Assembly (NCBI GenBank): GCA_013239625.1
Contig: MU054323.1
Span: 20,109,082 to 20,173,081 of the forward strand
From: Lama guanicoe
Lineage: Eukaryota
Reading direction: 5' to 3'
DNA: 64,000 nt
The notes under the pieces were generated by a model, which was not told the origin of the DNA, ran no database searches, and saw nothing but the letters and a program-made list of their open reading frames with translations. Position 1 is the stretch's first letter. Every line of letters starts with the position of its first letter. Position numbers and translations under genes: made by a program. This document shows, piece by piece, positions 40,860-52,600 of the stretch.

Positions 40860-42199
40860 TGTTAGGAAAAGCTGGACAGCCGCATGTAAATCAATGAAGT
40901 TAGAATATGCCCTCACATCATACACAAAAATAAACTCAAAATGGCTTAAAGACTTAAACATGACAGGACACCACAAATGTCCCAGAAAAAAATATAGGCA
41001 AAACATTCTCTGACATAAATCTTAGCAATATTCTCCTATGTCAGTGTACCAAGGCAATAGAAATCAAAGGAAAAATAAACAATTGAGACCTAATTAAACT
41101 TATAAGCTTTTGCACAGCAAAGGAAACCATCAACAAAACAAAAAGACAATCTACAGACTGCAAGAAATATTTGCAAATGATGTGACTGACAAGGGCTTAA
41201 GTTTCAGAATATACAAACAGCTCATACAACTCAATAACAAAAAAAACAAACCACCCAATCAAAACATGTGCAGGAGACCTAAACACGCATTTCTCCAATG
41301 AAGACATACAGATGGCCAATAGGCACATGAAAAAATGCTCAATATCGCTAATTATCAGAGAAACACAAATCAAAATTATAATGAGTTATCACTTCATATC
41401 AGTCAGAATGGCCTTCATTTAAAAGTCCACAAATGATAAATGCTGGAGAGGGTATGGAGAAAAGGGAACCCTCCTGCACTGTTGGTGGGAATGTAATTTG
41501 GTGCAGCCATTATGGGAAACAGTATGGAGATTCCTTAAAAAACTAAAAACAGACTTACCATATGACCCAGCAGTCCCACTCCTGGGCATATATCTGGAGA
41601 AAATTCCAATTTGAAAAGATAACATGCACTTCCATGTTCACAGCAGCACTATTTACAACAGCCATGACATGAAAGCAACCTAAGTGTCCCCTAACAGATG
41701 AATGGATAAAGAAATGTAGTGTGTACACACACACACACACACACACACAATGGAATACTACTCAGCTGTAAAAAAAAAAGAAAGAAATAATGCCATTTGT
41801 AGCAACATGGGTGGACCTAGAGATTATCGGACTAAGTGAAGTAAGTCAAAGACAAATATATGATATCACTTATATGTGAAATCTAAAAAAATTACAGAAT
41901 GAACTTATTTACAAAACAGAGACTCACAGACATCGAAAACAAATTTATGGTTACCAAAAGGGAAAGGAAAGAGAGGGATAAACTGGGGGTTTTGGGATTA
42001 GCAGATACAAACTACTATATACAGAATAGATAAACAACAAGGTCCTACTGTATAGCATAGGGAACTATGTTCAGTAACTTGTAATAACTTATAATGAATA
42101 AGAATTAATATATATGTATAACTGAATCACTATGTATACCAAAAATTAACACAGCATTACAACATTGTAAATCAACTATACTTCAATTTAAAAAAAAAA
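40860..42199 (+). mobile_element. L1 3' fragment with (CA)n
   Basis: ORF2 end, 3'UTR and A tail. TSD core ACTTGCTT. Confidence 0.88.
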
Positions 42200-43459
42200 C
42201 TTGCTTACCAAAGGGATTTCAGAAAAAAAACTTTGATTAAAGAAAAGGTATTGACAAAAAGAAAGTTTCTGCTGAATTCTAAAATTGGCAGCAGATAGAA
42301 AACCCTTGTACACATATTAAAAGAAACAGTCCACTGTGAAAGAATAGACTTTAACTGAGGTTCTGGGTTATGTTCAATCCTATCAGAGATCTAGTAATTA
42401 CTGGCTTCTGAAAATATCCACCTTATCTGCAAAGTAAAAGTACTGAGACTTTCATCTTCAGTTTCAAACAATGCTTTTTATATTTAAAGTACTTTAAAAC
42501 CTATTGAATTTATATAATAGTGACCTAAAAGGCAATAGAAATAACATAATTGATTTTCAAATTTCCATCACCTGGTCTTTCATTTTGATTTCACTTTTTT
42601 ATAACTTGGGCTTAAAATAACACCTTAAGAAATTTAAACATCTTTACATCTCCTCAAATTCTCACCACCACAACACAAAGCAATACAAATTAAAGATCAA
42701 AATTCTATCACAAAGCAACTTTTAGAAATAATTTCTAAAGAACAGATTAAAATTACAGCAAGCCTTTGCATGCTAAAGAGATTTAAAACTCAAAAAGAAA
42801 ACACTGCTGCCCAGACTGACTGAGGGACCAAAAGTAAAAGGAACAACTATTTTACATCTGGTTCATCTTTTAGAAGTTTTGACTAGTAAAAGGCATCTTT
42901 TGATGAAATAGGCAGCAGTGCTTCATAATTTTAAAAGATGGCTACGTCTGTATGTTAAAATACCAAAAAGAACATTAATCTTCTTTGGCAACGTTGAAAC
43001 GATACTCAGATGTTACTAGAAGGCAAACTGCCTGAAAAATCTGTAGTTTGTCTTATCAATCAGATGAAACATTAAGAACATCATCCATTCTAAGATTACT
43101 TACTTACCAGAATTGCTCATTAAGGGAGGTTGTAAATGTGTTCACCAAAGATCTTTAACAGAAGGGATAGTCTTCTCCATGAGAGGGTTTGGGTTGTACA
43201 GAAAGAAAAATGGTCCATGATCCCTCTCCCACCGACCCTCAGGAGATTCCTTTTCCAGAGCCTTCTCCTCACAATACCCCCAAATAGGAAGCAGACCCTT
43301 GCAGAGAAGAACTGGATTCCCAGCTCACTACATTTGGGTCAAGGCAGGTGAGCAAGAGGGACGTCGATGTGGGCCCTGCCACTGCTCATATATAGTGGCT
43401 CATATACTTTCCTAGTGCCGGCAGATGAGTCACCACTAGTAACATAATAAAAATCCACA

Positions 43460-44170
43460 TATTTACCCAAATCTAATCTCTCTCACCGTCTCTCCCCTGC
43501 TGTTCCCCTAGATCAAGACCCACATCCTCTCCCCTGCCAGGTCTTGCTGTATCATACTGCTGCCCCCTCGAGTCCCTCCTCTACCCAGGGGTCAGTGGCA
43601 TTTTGAAAATACATCAGATCTTATCTTTCCTCTGCTTTAAAACCTTTCAAAGACTTGTTGCACTTGGAATGAAATCCAAACTCTCTCCCAGGGCACGCAG
43701 GACCTGCCTGAGAGGTCCCTGCCTCCCCTCGAACCCCATCTACCCCTCTCCTGCCCCTGGACTAAATGCTAGCCCACATGGGCCTTCCCTTTGTCCTGTA
43801 GACAAGCCAAGCTCATTGTCATCTCAGAGCCTCTGCATGTGCTATTCCCACCACCCAGAACACTCTTCCCTCCCTTTCCCAAGGCTGGGTCTTTCTCATT
43901 ATTCAGGTCTCAGCTCAAGTCACCTCCTCACGGCCTATGCAAATGAGCATCCCTGCTGCATTCTCTACTCTGATTTTCTTTCACTATCTGAAATTCATTT
44001 TTATCTGCTGACTTTGTTAACTGTCTCCCCCTCCCTCTACCACCTGTAGGCCACCAGTTCCCAGCTCCATGACAGCAGAAGCCCTGGCCTGATGTACCTC
44101 TGTATCCATAGTGCCTGGCACAGTCACAGGAGTCAAAAAAAAAAAAAAAACCCAAAAAATGATTGAATGG
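43460..44170 (+). mobile_element. L2 3' fragment
   Basis: Pyrimidine-rich L2 body ending in AGTGCCTGGCACA...GATTGAATG. Similar L2 ends lie near 26340-26660, 39140-39490 and 56130-56500. Confidence 0.65.
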
Positions 44171-44289
44171 TTAGAATCATAATTCTTAAAATCATTATGT
44201 ATTTTCTCAAATAGATATTAAAAGTACAGCTACTATGTTCTAAGCAATTGTGGTTTTCTTTGAATGAGGTCATAAATTAGAGAACAATG

Positions 44290-44990
44290 TATCTGCAACT
44301 CATATCACTAACAAAGGACTAATTTCTTAATTCTTTTTAAAAAGCTTCCAATTGAGAAAGCCGTTGACAAAATGGGCAAACAGTATATACAGCTCAACAA
44401 AAAGTAAGATAAATGACTCCTAAATACATGTGAAGATGCACATTTTTACTTGAGGCAAAAACAAATTAAAACTACTACACACCATTTTTAATTTTCTAGC
44501 ATGGTAAAGATCAAAAGCTTAATAACACCTTGTAGAGTATGAAGAAACATGGTCTTATACATTGCTGGTGGGAGTATATACATTGATAGAAACTTTTGGT
44601 AGAGCAATTTGGAATTATCTATGAAAATGCCAATTACAAATGCCCTTTGGCCCAATGACTTAACTTTCAGGAATTTATCCTATGGATATACTTTCTTGAA
44701 AGCAAAATAGTGTACACATACAAAGATATTCACTACAGCACTTCCTACAGACCAGAAACAATATTAAGTGTCCAGAAAGTCTACGATGTCCATTCAGTGG
44801 AATGTTATGCAGCTGCATAAAAGAACTGAGTAGCTCTTTATAGGCTGATATGGCATCTCCACAACATGTTGGTGATTTTAAAGATTTCAGGACAGTGTTC
44901 TCACACTGTTTTTTTGTTTGTTTATTGTAAATATATATGATATGCTTGTAAATACAGAGAATGTTTCTGAAACGACACACAAAATGCTAG
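44290..44990 (+). mobile_element. Ancient L1 fragment
   Basis: Degenerate L1 ORF2-end motifs. Confidence 0.55.
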
Positions 44991-45223
44991 GAATTCTGGT
45001 TACATTTAGGGAAAAGAGCTCCATGGCTGGGGAATGAAAAAAGGCTTACTTTTGTAGCTTTTGAACTATAAGGTATTATTTATATGACTTTCAACCATCC
45101 CCCAAAAATCAGCTTAAAAGGATCATATCCATACACAAAATGTTTCCAAATTATTGATTTGGAAGACCACTCAAAATTTCTTCCAAACGTTACACTGTGT
45201 ACTATTCTAGAAGTTCAGAGGCT

Positions 45224-45371
45224 GGGGTGGGAGCATATAGTTCAAGTGGAAGAGTGCACGTTTAGCATGCAGGAGGTCCTGGGTTCAAACCCCAGTACCG
45301 CCATTAAAAAATAATTAAATAAATTTAATTACCTCTCCCCCACCCCCCCCAAATAAAAACACAAACCAAAA
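45224..45371 (+). mobile_element. Vic-1-like SINE
   Basis: SINE head and tail. TSD approximately AA(G/T)TTCAGAGG. Confidence 0.85.
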
Positions 45372-48300
45372 TTTCAGAGGTTAATAAAAACATATATTCT
45401 TATCTTTGTTCCTTTTGCACAATAAAATAAGTACTTGATAAATAATTATTCCTCAACTTAATAGAGTTTTTTCTCATTTCAGCACAGAATCCCACCTTCC
45501 TCAACTAAGAGTTCTACCACTTAAACACCTCAGCCTTACCCCACACAGCTCTTCCATCTACACAAGAGAAAATATATTCCTGGAACGTTATATTTTGAAA
45601 TGTTATATAAACAATAGATTATTTATTGTGCCTAAATAATAATTTTTTCTAAAAGATGCTGGCATAATAAATAGTATAAGAGAATTTAGATGCCTTCTAG
45701 GGCATTTCATCTTGCCTAGTTTGGGAGCTAAGACATGTTTATATGAAAAAATAACCACCAAGCTAGGAAGGATATTATAGATACCGAATAAGTCACACAA
45801 GTAAGCAGTCCCTCAAAAGGAAAAAAAAAAAAACTCAGGAGGAAACATCACATCTACTAGAGTAGTCAGGAAAGGCTTCAAAAGGAAAATAGAATCTGAG
45901 TTGGACTTGACGGATGATCCAATTTCAATAGGCAAGGGACTGACTGCACAATAAAGGACATCGCCATGGTTCAGGAACTCAAGTGAGCAGGCGGGTCTGA
46001 ACAAACAGAGCCTGCAGGTGGCAGGCAGTGCTCCTAGCTCCTGGAAATCCACTTAATCAGTTCCTGAACCTGCATCATTTCACTGTCCTGGATTTTTTTT
46101 TTCTTCCTTATACCCTCCAGAGTTGTCATTTCTTCTCCATTCTCACCACTTCAAAGCAATCCAAGATCTCATTCCCTCCCTCTACAAAAAATCTCCAAAC
46201 TCATCCTTCAATCTCCACCATCTCCAACTGGCACAAAAATCACATTTGTTCCTTTATATGCATAATCCACTGACCTGACACTGCCAACAGCTAACCACTC
46301 CCTGCAAAATAAAAATATTCTTCCTTTCATTCCAGGCCTTCCAACATTTGCTCTCTCTCCACCTCTCCATCACTAGACTCACACTCCCTAAACATAATAC
46401 ACAAATGTCATGCCTATGCCTATGATGTTTCTTTTACCTGGAAAAGTCTCCTTATTTTGTTCTCAAGTGGGGCACACATGGTTGTGTAAGTTGCTCACGC
46501 TATAGTTTATAGAAACGAAACCCTGCTGCCAGTGTTGGGCAGTGCACAACCTCTGCAACCTTCTAAAGATGGCTTGTTTCCATCTTCCCCCACTTTGAAG
46601 ACTTTCCCAAAGCAACACAATTATTGATCAGTTGTGCCTCTGATTCCTACATCACTAATCTGACACATTTTCCTTGCAAAAAAAATTTACAATATTTGGA
46701 ACACCAATAGTGCCCTGAACACAATAGATATTCAAAAATGCTTGCAAATTATGATACGTAAGTTGACAAAGGCATATTGTAGTTAAACCATAAAAAGCCT
46801 TGAACGCCAAGAGAGAAGTTTTGACTTTATTTGGTAGATGTCAAGTATGGTCGAATGATGTTTTAGAAGGACTAATTTCAGCAACCGCAAGTAAATGAGG
46901 TTTGAGACACTATTCTCAAAGCATCACCTTAGCTCTGTTGGAGAAGACCAATGGAAAGCTCCCTCGGTAATGTGCAGGCTCCTCAAGTCATTCAGTCATC
47001 CTTCAGTTGATCTGTTTGGGATTATAGATAATGGTTTTCATATACCTACATTCACAATGAAGCTTAAAACTGGGCCATTAAGCCAAGAAAAACATGCTTT
47101 TGCCTGAAATATCTGCGTATCTAGGAAACAGTTCTGACTTGAATAATTATACACATACATAAAATACATATACACAAATTAAACATTTATCTTCTTCCTT
47201 CACTTCTTTTGCAGTCTTTCTCTTTTCCATCTGTCTCTTTTCTTTTTAGTTTCTTTCTGTCTCTCTCCCCCTAAAATTATTATCCATGTCTCCCATTCCT
47301 TTCCAAATGCTTCACCTTAATGATCTCCCCAAAGTTCCTCTATTCCCCCAAAATTATTATTCAGGTTATTTCACTGTTTTTGCTTATACACTGACTTAGC
47401 CGACTCCCCTCAATACTTATACTAATAACTCAATTCTCCCGTTTCCTTTGCTAATGTAGCTTGAACCTTCACTTATAGAATTCTGCAATTACTAGTGAAT
47501 CATTTCAAAGCCAATCATTTATGTCTCATTTTCCTATGGCCCTCTATAAGAATCAAGGGCACTTATGTATTTAGGAATATAAATTAATTTCATTGTACTG
47601 ATGGAGTACCAAGTAAGTAATTCTTACCTGTAAATTGAAAACTCAGTTAGGAGCTAATAACAGTAAATAAAATGAGTCTCCTAGTGAATTTCCTTTCAAA
47701 GCATGTATCTTGGATTTCATGCCAAGATGACATATCAGTAATGGACTCCGGGGTACCAGACAATTTTATTTACTTCTTAGATTTAAACAAAAATCTTTAC
47801 TCTCCAAAGGAAGAATTTTACATGGAAGTAATCCACTGCAGTATCAAGGCACACAGCACCACTGGAACCATGCATCTGCCTATCAGGAAAAGATTACCAC
47901 GCATGCAACCCAATTTAAAAAAAGAATAGAGGGAAAATATCTTAAAATAGTACCAAAGGTAAAACAGATTATACAGTTTTGTGTTTGTGCCCAAAAAGGC
48001 TGTCTCCCTTGAAAATCTAACTTTACTATTTATTCCTCCCACCAAATATGCAAAATAAACTAGTACTAAAAACAGAAGTATGTTATCACTACTGAAGGGT
48101 AAGCATGATCCAAGGAAAGGTCAAAATATTTTCCTTTCATCGTACTAAAGTGAAAAGAAAAACTATTAAATACTAGAATGCTGTTTCTGGATTCAGGGCA
48201 GTTTAAATTTTCCTCCTTTCTCAAGGTTTTCCCCCTCCCCATACTGAAGATCCCTCTGAAAGTCAGTGTGTGAAACTTCGGTACTAAACAGTGGACAGAT

Positions 48301-48946
48301 AGGTAGTTTGCTAACTCCATACTTCATAAGAAAAGAAGAGAGAAAGGGCACAGATGTCCATTATTTAGAATCCATTTCTAAGTTAATCTCCTTTATAACA
48401 ATTCCATTAACAGCACATACTATGCAGAGTGCATAGAATGTGTGGGCAGCATACAGCAGACTACACTCCACAATAACAAGACTTCATCTTTTTTTGATGG
48501 TGCTTTGATGAAGCACCATCAAAAATTGTCAAATAATTCAAAACTGCTCTTAGCCCAAGGTTAAATTGTTAAATTCGAACAATAAAAGTTTAGAGAAATC
48601 TAATTAACCGGTTACTATTTGCTCAAAAGTATACTACAAAGATGGGAGGTTTGTTTATCTCTGTCTGCCCCTCCCCTTGGCTGGCGATTCGCCCTCAAGA
48701 GGGGCGTCTTTTGTGTGGACCTGAGCCGACTAGTACTGGGGAAATGGCGGGGATGGGGTGGCGGTGGGGAGGAGGAGGTCTAAGGACCAAACCGCTCCTT
48801 GGCTGGCCGCGCCTGGGGCCTCGTTGGACCCAGAACCCGGGCCTGCTCAGCCTCCCGGAGGCAAACAGGACGAAGACTGGACCGACGGACGGGACGGACA
48901 GACGTGACATGACGGACTGGACGGGCAGAGAAGCAGTGCGTCCTAC

Positions 48947-49611
48947 CCGGAGGGCTCCCTCCCAGGGCCGGCGGAGTACCTGCTCCGGTCATCCAGGCTG
49001 CGGTTGTCGGCCGCCGCAGCGCGCCAGTCGGGCAGTGTGCTGGCGCACAGCACCACCATGGACACGATCACAAACACCACCGACACGCTGGCCAGGATCT
49101 GCGCGGCCAGCGACGACGTGGGCTCCTCGAAGGTTCGCCTCATGCGCTCCAGCCAGCGCCGGGAGGGGGCCGCTTCGACACCGCCGGGTCGCGCCTCGTC
49201 GCGGCCCAGAGTACCGGGCTCCTCCGCGGTGTAGAAGGTGTAAGTGTCCGACATACGGTCGTCGAGGCGGCGCTGGCAACAGTACTCCAGGTGCGCGCCC
49301 TCCAGGCCCCAGTAGATCATCTCGTTATAGAAGGAGAGCTCGCACATCCGCGGCGCGAAGCGCAGCTTGCCGTGGCCGCGCACGTAGAGCAGGATGAAGC
49401 CGAAGGCCTCCGAGTGCCGGTCGAAGAAGTACTCGTTGCGCTCGCGGTCGTAGTCGTCGCACACCTCGAGCACGTCGCGCTCGGAGCGGCAGCCGTGCAG
49501 CCGGCTCACGCGGCGCAGCGGGAAGTCCTTCAGCAGCTCCCGGGACAGCGAGTACCGGGCGCCGCCCACGTTCAGCACCACCGAGGCCGCCCCGCTGCGC
49601 CCGAAGGTCAT
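48947..49611 (-). CDS. KCNG3: KCNG3 (Kv6.3) coding exon 1: T1 domain, S1 and S1-S2 loop; long-isoform donor
   Basis: ORF MTFGRSGAASVVLNVGG...YFFDRHS...FEEPTSS...REPSG matches the KCNG3 N-terminus. The start context is GCCAGCCATG. The donor is GG|GTAGGA at 48947/48946 (phase 2). 665 nt + 646 nt = 1311 nt = 436 aa + stop. Confidence 0.97.
48980..49611 (-). CDS. KCNG3: KCNG3 exon 1, short form via alternative 5' donor (425 aa)
   Basis: AG|GTACTC at 48980/48979 lies 33 nt upstream of the main donor in the same phase. This matches the known 11-aa-shorter KCNG3 isoform. Confidence 0.8.
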
Positions 49612-52600
49612 GGCTGGCGGCCCCGAGACCCCGAGGTCCGAGGGCGCCGCCGCTGCCCCCCGGCCGCCGCGCGGGTCCTGCCTGCCGTTGGCTGACGAGG
49701 GAGCGCGCCGTCGGGGCCCGCAGGCAGTCCGGCTGGCTCTCCCTCCGGGTTCTGCTGCCGCCCTTCGCTGGCCCGGGGGCCCCTCGTCTCTAGCCTCCTC
49801 TGCAGCACAGCGTGACTGTTAGCGATGCTCCCCCCGCGCGGCGGTACTTGCAGGTAGTCGGGGAGTCCTCTCCGGCGCCTGCGCTGCGCCCCACTGGCCG
49901 AGAACCTGGCTGCCAGCGCCGCCGCCCCTGGCGCCCGGGGGATGCCCCCTCTGAGGCCGGAGTGCCCTTTCAAGGCGGCGGCGCTGTCCCCCCTGAGGGG
50001 CGTGCGAGCCGAGAGGAGGTGCCGGTGCGGGATGGCTCCGGGTCCGCGGTGCTCCCTCCGGCCGCGGCTCCTGCGAGCGCCCCGCGGCCGTCCAGAGGCG
50101 ACAGGCAAAGTGAGCGGGTTCGGAGGCGGCGAAAAGCCGGCTCCAAGAGGCGGGGGCGGGGCCTCCTCGCGGTTCCCCCTCCTCGCCTCCCGGCTCCTCT
50201 CCACTCACCTCCCTCCGCGCGCCGCCCTCCTCTTCCCACCCGCGCCCGCACCTCTCTCGGGCTGGGATTCCCCGGCGCCCCGCCCTGGACCTCGGGCTCC
50301 CCGCCTCGTGACGCGGTCCTCCCTCTCCGCTCCCTCCCGCATTGGCCAGGAGGGGTCCGCGGGGCGGGGGTGCGTGGAGCCGGGAGGCCCGGGTAGAGGC
50401 GGAGGCAAAGCCCCGTCGCCGGGGTCTCTGTTCCCGCGTCCCGCCTCGGGCCATCAGGATGATTTGGGGAGCCCCCAAGGGCCCTTTTAACAGCCCCCAA
50501 GGAGAGGGGACAGGCGGGTAAGGAGGAGTGAGGACTGGGGTGCGGGATTTGAGGGGCGGGGACAGATGGCGTTTGGAAAGCTTTTTCCAGAAACTCTCCG
50601 GAGCTCAGCTCGATCTGTGAGACCGCCCCAAAGGATTTCTCAGAGAAAGCACCCCAGCAATTCTTTTCTTGCCGACTTTGCTCTTCCTCTCCCGGCGCGG
50701 GGACCCACATACCGCGTGCTCCGAAGGCGTCCGCACACCCCAGCACCCAGTCTCAGTGCCGCCCTCCCGCCTGCCCTCTCCCGGAGGAGAGCGACTCTAG
50801 CCCCCGCTTTCTAGAGCGCGGGTCCTAAGAGAGCGCTACGTGTAGCGACCCTGATTCCCCTCGTGACGCTTCTTGTAGAATGGGATGGAAATCTGGGGGA
50901 AATCGCCTTGCCACTGTCAAGAACAGAATTTATCCTTGCCGTCGTCTTCATCCTCCTTTTCATATTGTCTTAATTTCCCCCGTGCACCTCGGAGCCGGCT
51001 GGCAGGACCGGCACTCGGAGCCTGAAGAGCCCTTCAAGGCTCTGCAGAGCTAATTGCCCCAGACACTGCTCGATGCCCGAGGAGTGGGTTCCACTTGGCA
51101 GGGATTATTTTAAACTGCTCCCAGCAATTCAGAAGACTTCCGACATCGGCAGCCCTGCCCGCGCAGTACCCGCCAGAGGCGAAACAGGTGAGTTATAAGG
51201 CAAACTGTGTTAAATGCAAAACAAATCCTGGAAGAAAAAATAAGAGTGAGGTAGGGTGGGATGCGGTCATCTGACCTCAGGGTAACCCAGCTGTTTACTG
51301 GGAAGGGTTTTATTTCGCCCTTCACTTTTCATAATTTTGTAGGATTGTCCCTTGCCCACTAGAGGTCACCATAAAGAGTCGTTTCGCTCTGATTCTACTG
51401 TGGATTCCTAGCGAAAAAATCATACACCTAAAATTTGGAATGGTCTCTCTCAGAAAGTAAAATCATTCTGGATGATTTCTTAAAGAATGAAAATCACTGT
51501 AAGTTGTTTATCCCTAGACTTGAATAATTTATTTTAAAAGTACTTAATGTGATGAAAAACTCAAAAACAGGAGTTTTTTGCTTAATAGCTACTAAACCAG
51601 AACACCCTGAAAGAAATGAGATTCAAGACAGAATCGAAGAAGGTGATGGCCATAAACTGGCGGAAAGAGCAGAGCATTCCAAGTAACAAAATCTCAGGCG
51701 TGGAAGATTAAAGTCTGTAAAGAAAGCTAATGCATTTGCTTGGCTGAAAGGATAGGGATCTCCACTGCAGAATTTAGATTTTATCCTATAAGCAGTGGGA
51801 CCCCTGAAGGTTTTAATAATAGAATTGACTTTATTTCAGGAAGATCCATTTGCCCTCATGGGTTGTTCTAAGGAGGCCACTTCTGCAAACCACCCCCCAA
51901 ATCTTTGTAGATGAGGAAGTGTCAGTTTTGAGAAACACTGAGACAAGACTCAGCAGGGCTTGGAAATGGATTTGTTATAGGATATAAGGATGGAGAAAAG
52001 TTTGCAGCTGCTAACGGAAAGAAAAGCCTGGCTTCACACCAGCGAGAGCCAATTCCTCAGGGAGTTGTTAAAAATACTTTCTAGAAGCATCACAAGCAAC
52101 AGAACAACTATTTTGTTGATTATTTGCTTCAACATTACTATATTTCCTGTTTCTCTATCTAAAAATCTCTTTAAAGTTTGTTGATTGAACCAGTTGAAGA
52201 GCTATCATATTTTAAATTAAATTTGAGCTTAGAAAACAAATTAATTTGATGACAGTATAATTTGTGTCTCCTAGGTATATTTTCATAAAGTATCTTAGAG
52301 AGATAGGTTTAAATCATTTCATTTGTTTCAAGGGTAATATTCTTACTTGATTTTAATATCATCAACCACCACTACAGCAACTATCCCCAAATCATTTTCT
52401 TAAACAAAGAAAACAATAAGATGCAGAAATGATTGACTTGTCTCAATATAATCTGGTTTAGAAAGCATTCTTAAAGACAATTCTACTCCTTTGTACTTTG
52501 AAAAGAAGATTATGATGAGCATTATTACACCTAAATTTTTTCTGGATTCTAGATGATGTTTAAATTCTTCGTATATAAATCTTTAGGCTGCATTAAAATT

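Larger units (their letters stand above)
14379..48946 (-). other. KCNG3: KCNG3 intron (34,568 nt, GT-AG)
   Basis: Bounded by the donor and acceptor that join the two exons in frame. Confidence 0.93.
48680..51200. promoter_or_regulatory. KCNG3: CpG island covering the KCNG3 promoter, 5'UTR and exon 1
   Basis: Very GC- and CpG-rich against an AT-rich background. GC boxes near 50152, 50361 and 50553. CCAAT on the minus strand at 50341-50345. Confidence 0.9.

Noticed and set aside
48642..50746. Many long Pro/Arg/Gly-rich ORFs on both strands (up to 258 aa)
   Set aside because: Expected from stop-codon depletion in a CpG island and from antisense frames of exon 1. No domain features, and many use non-ATG starts.
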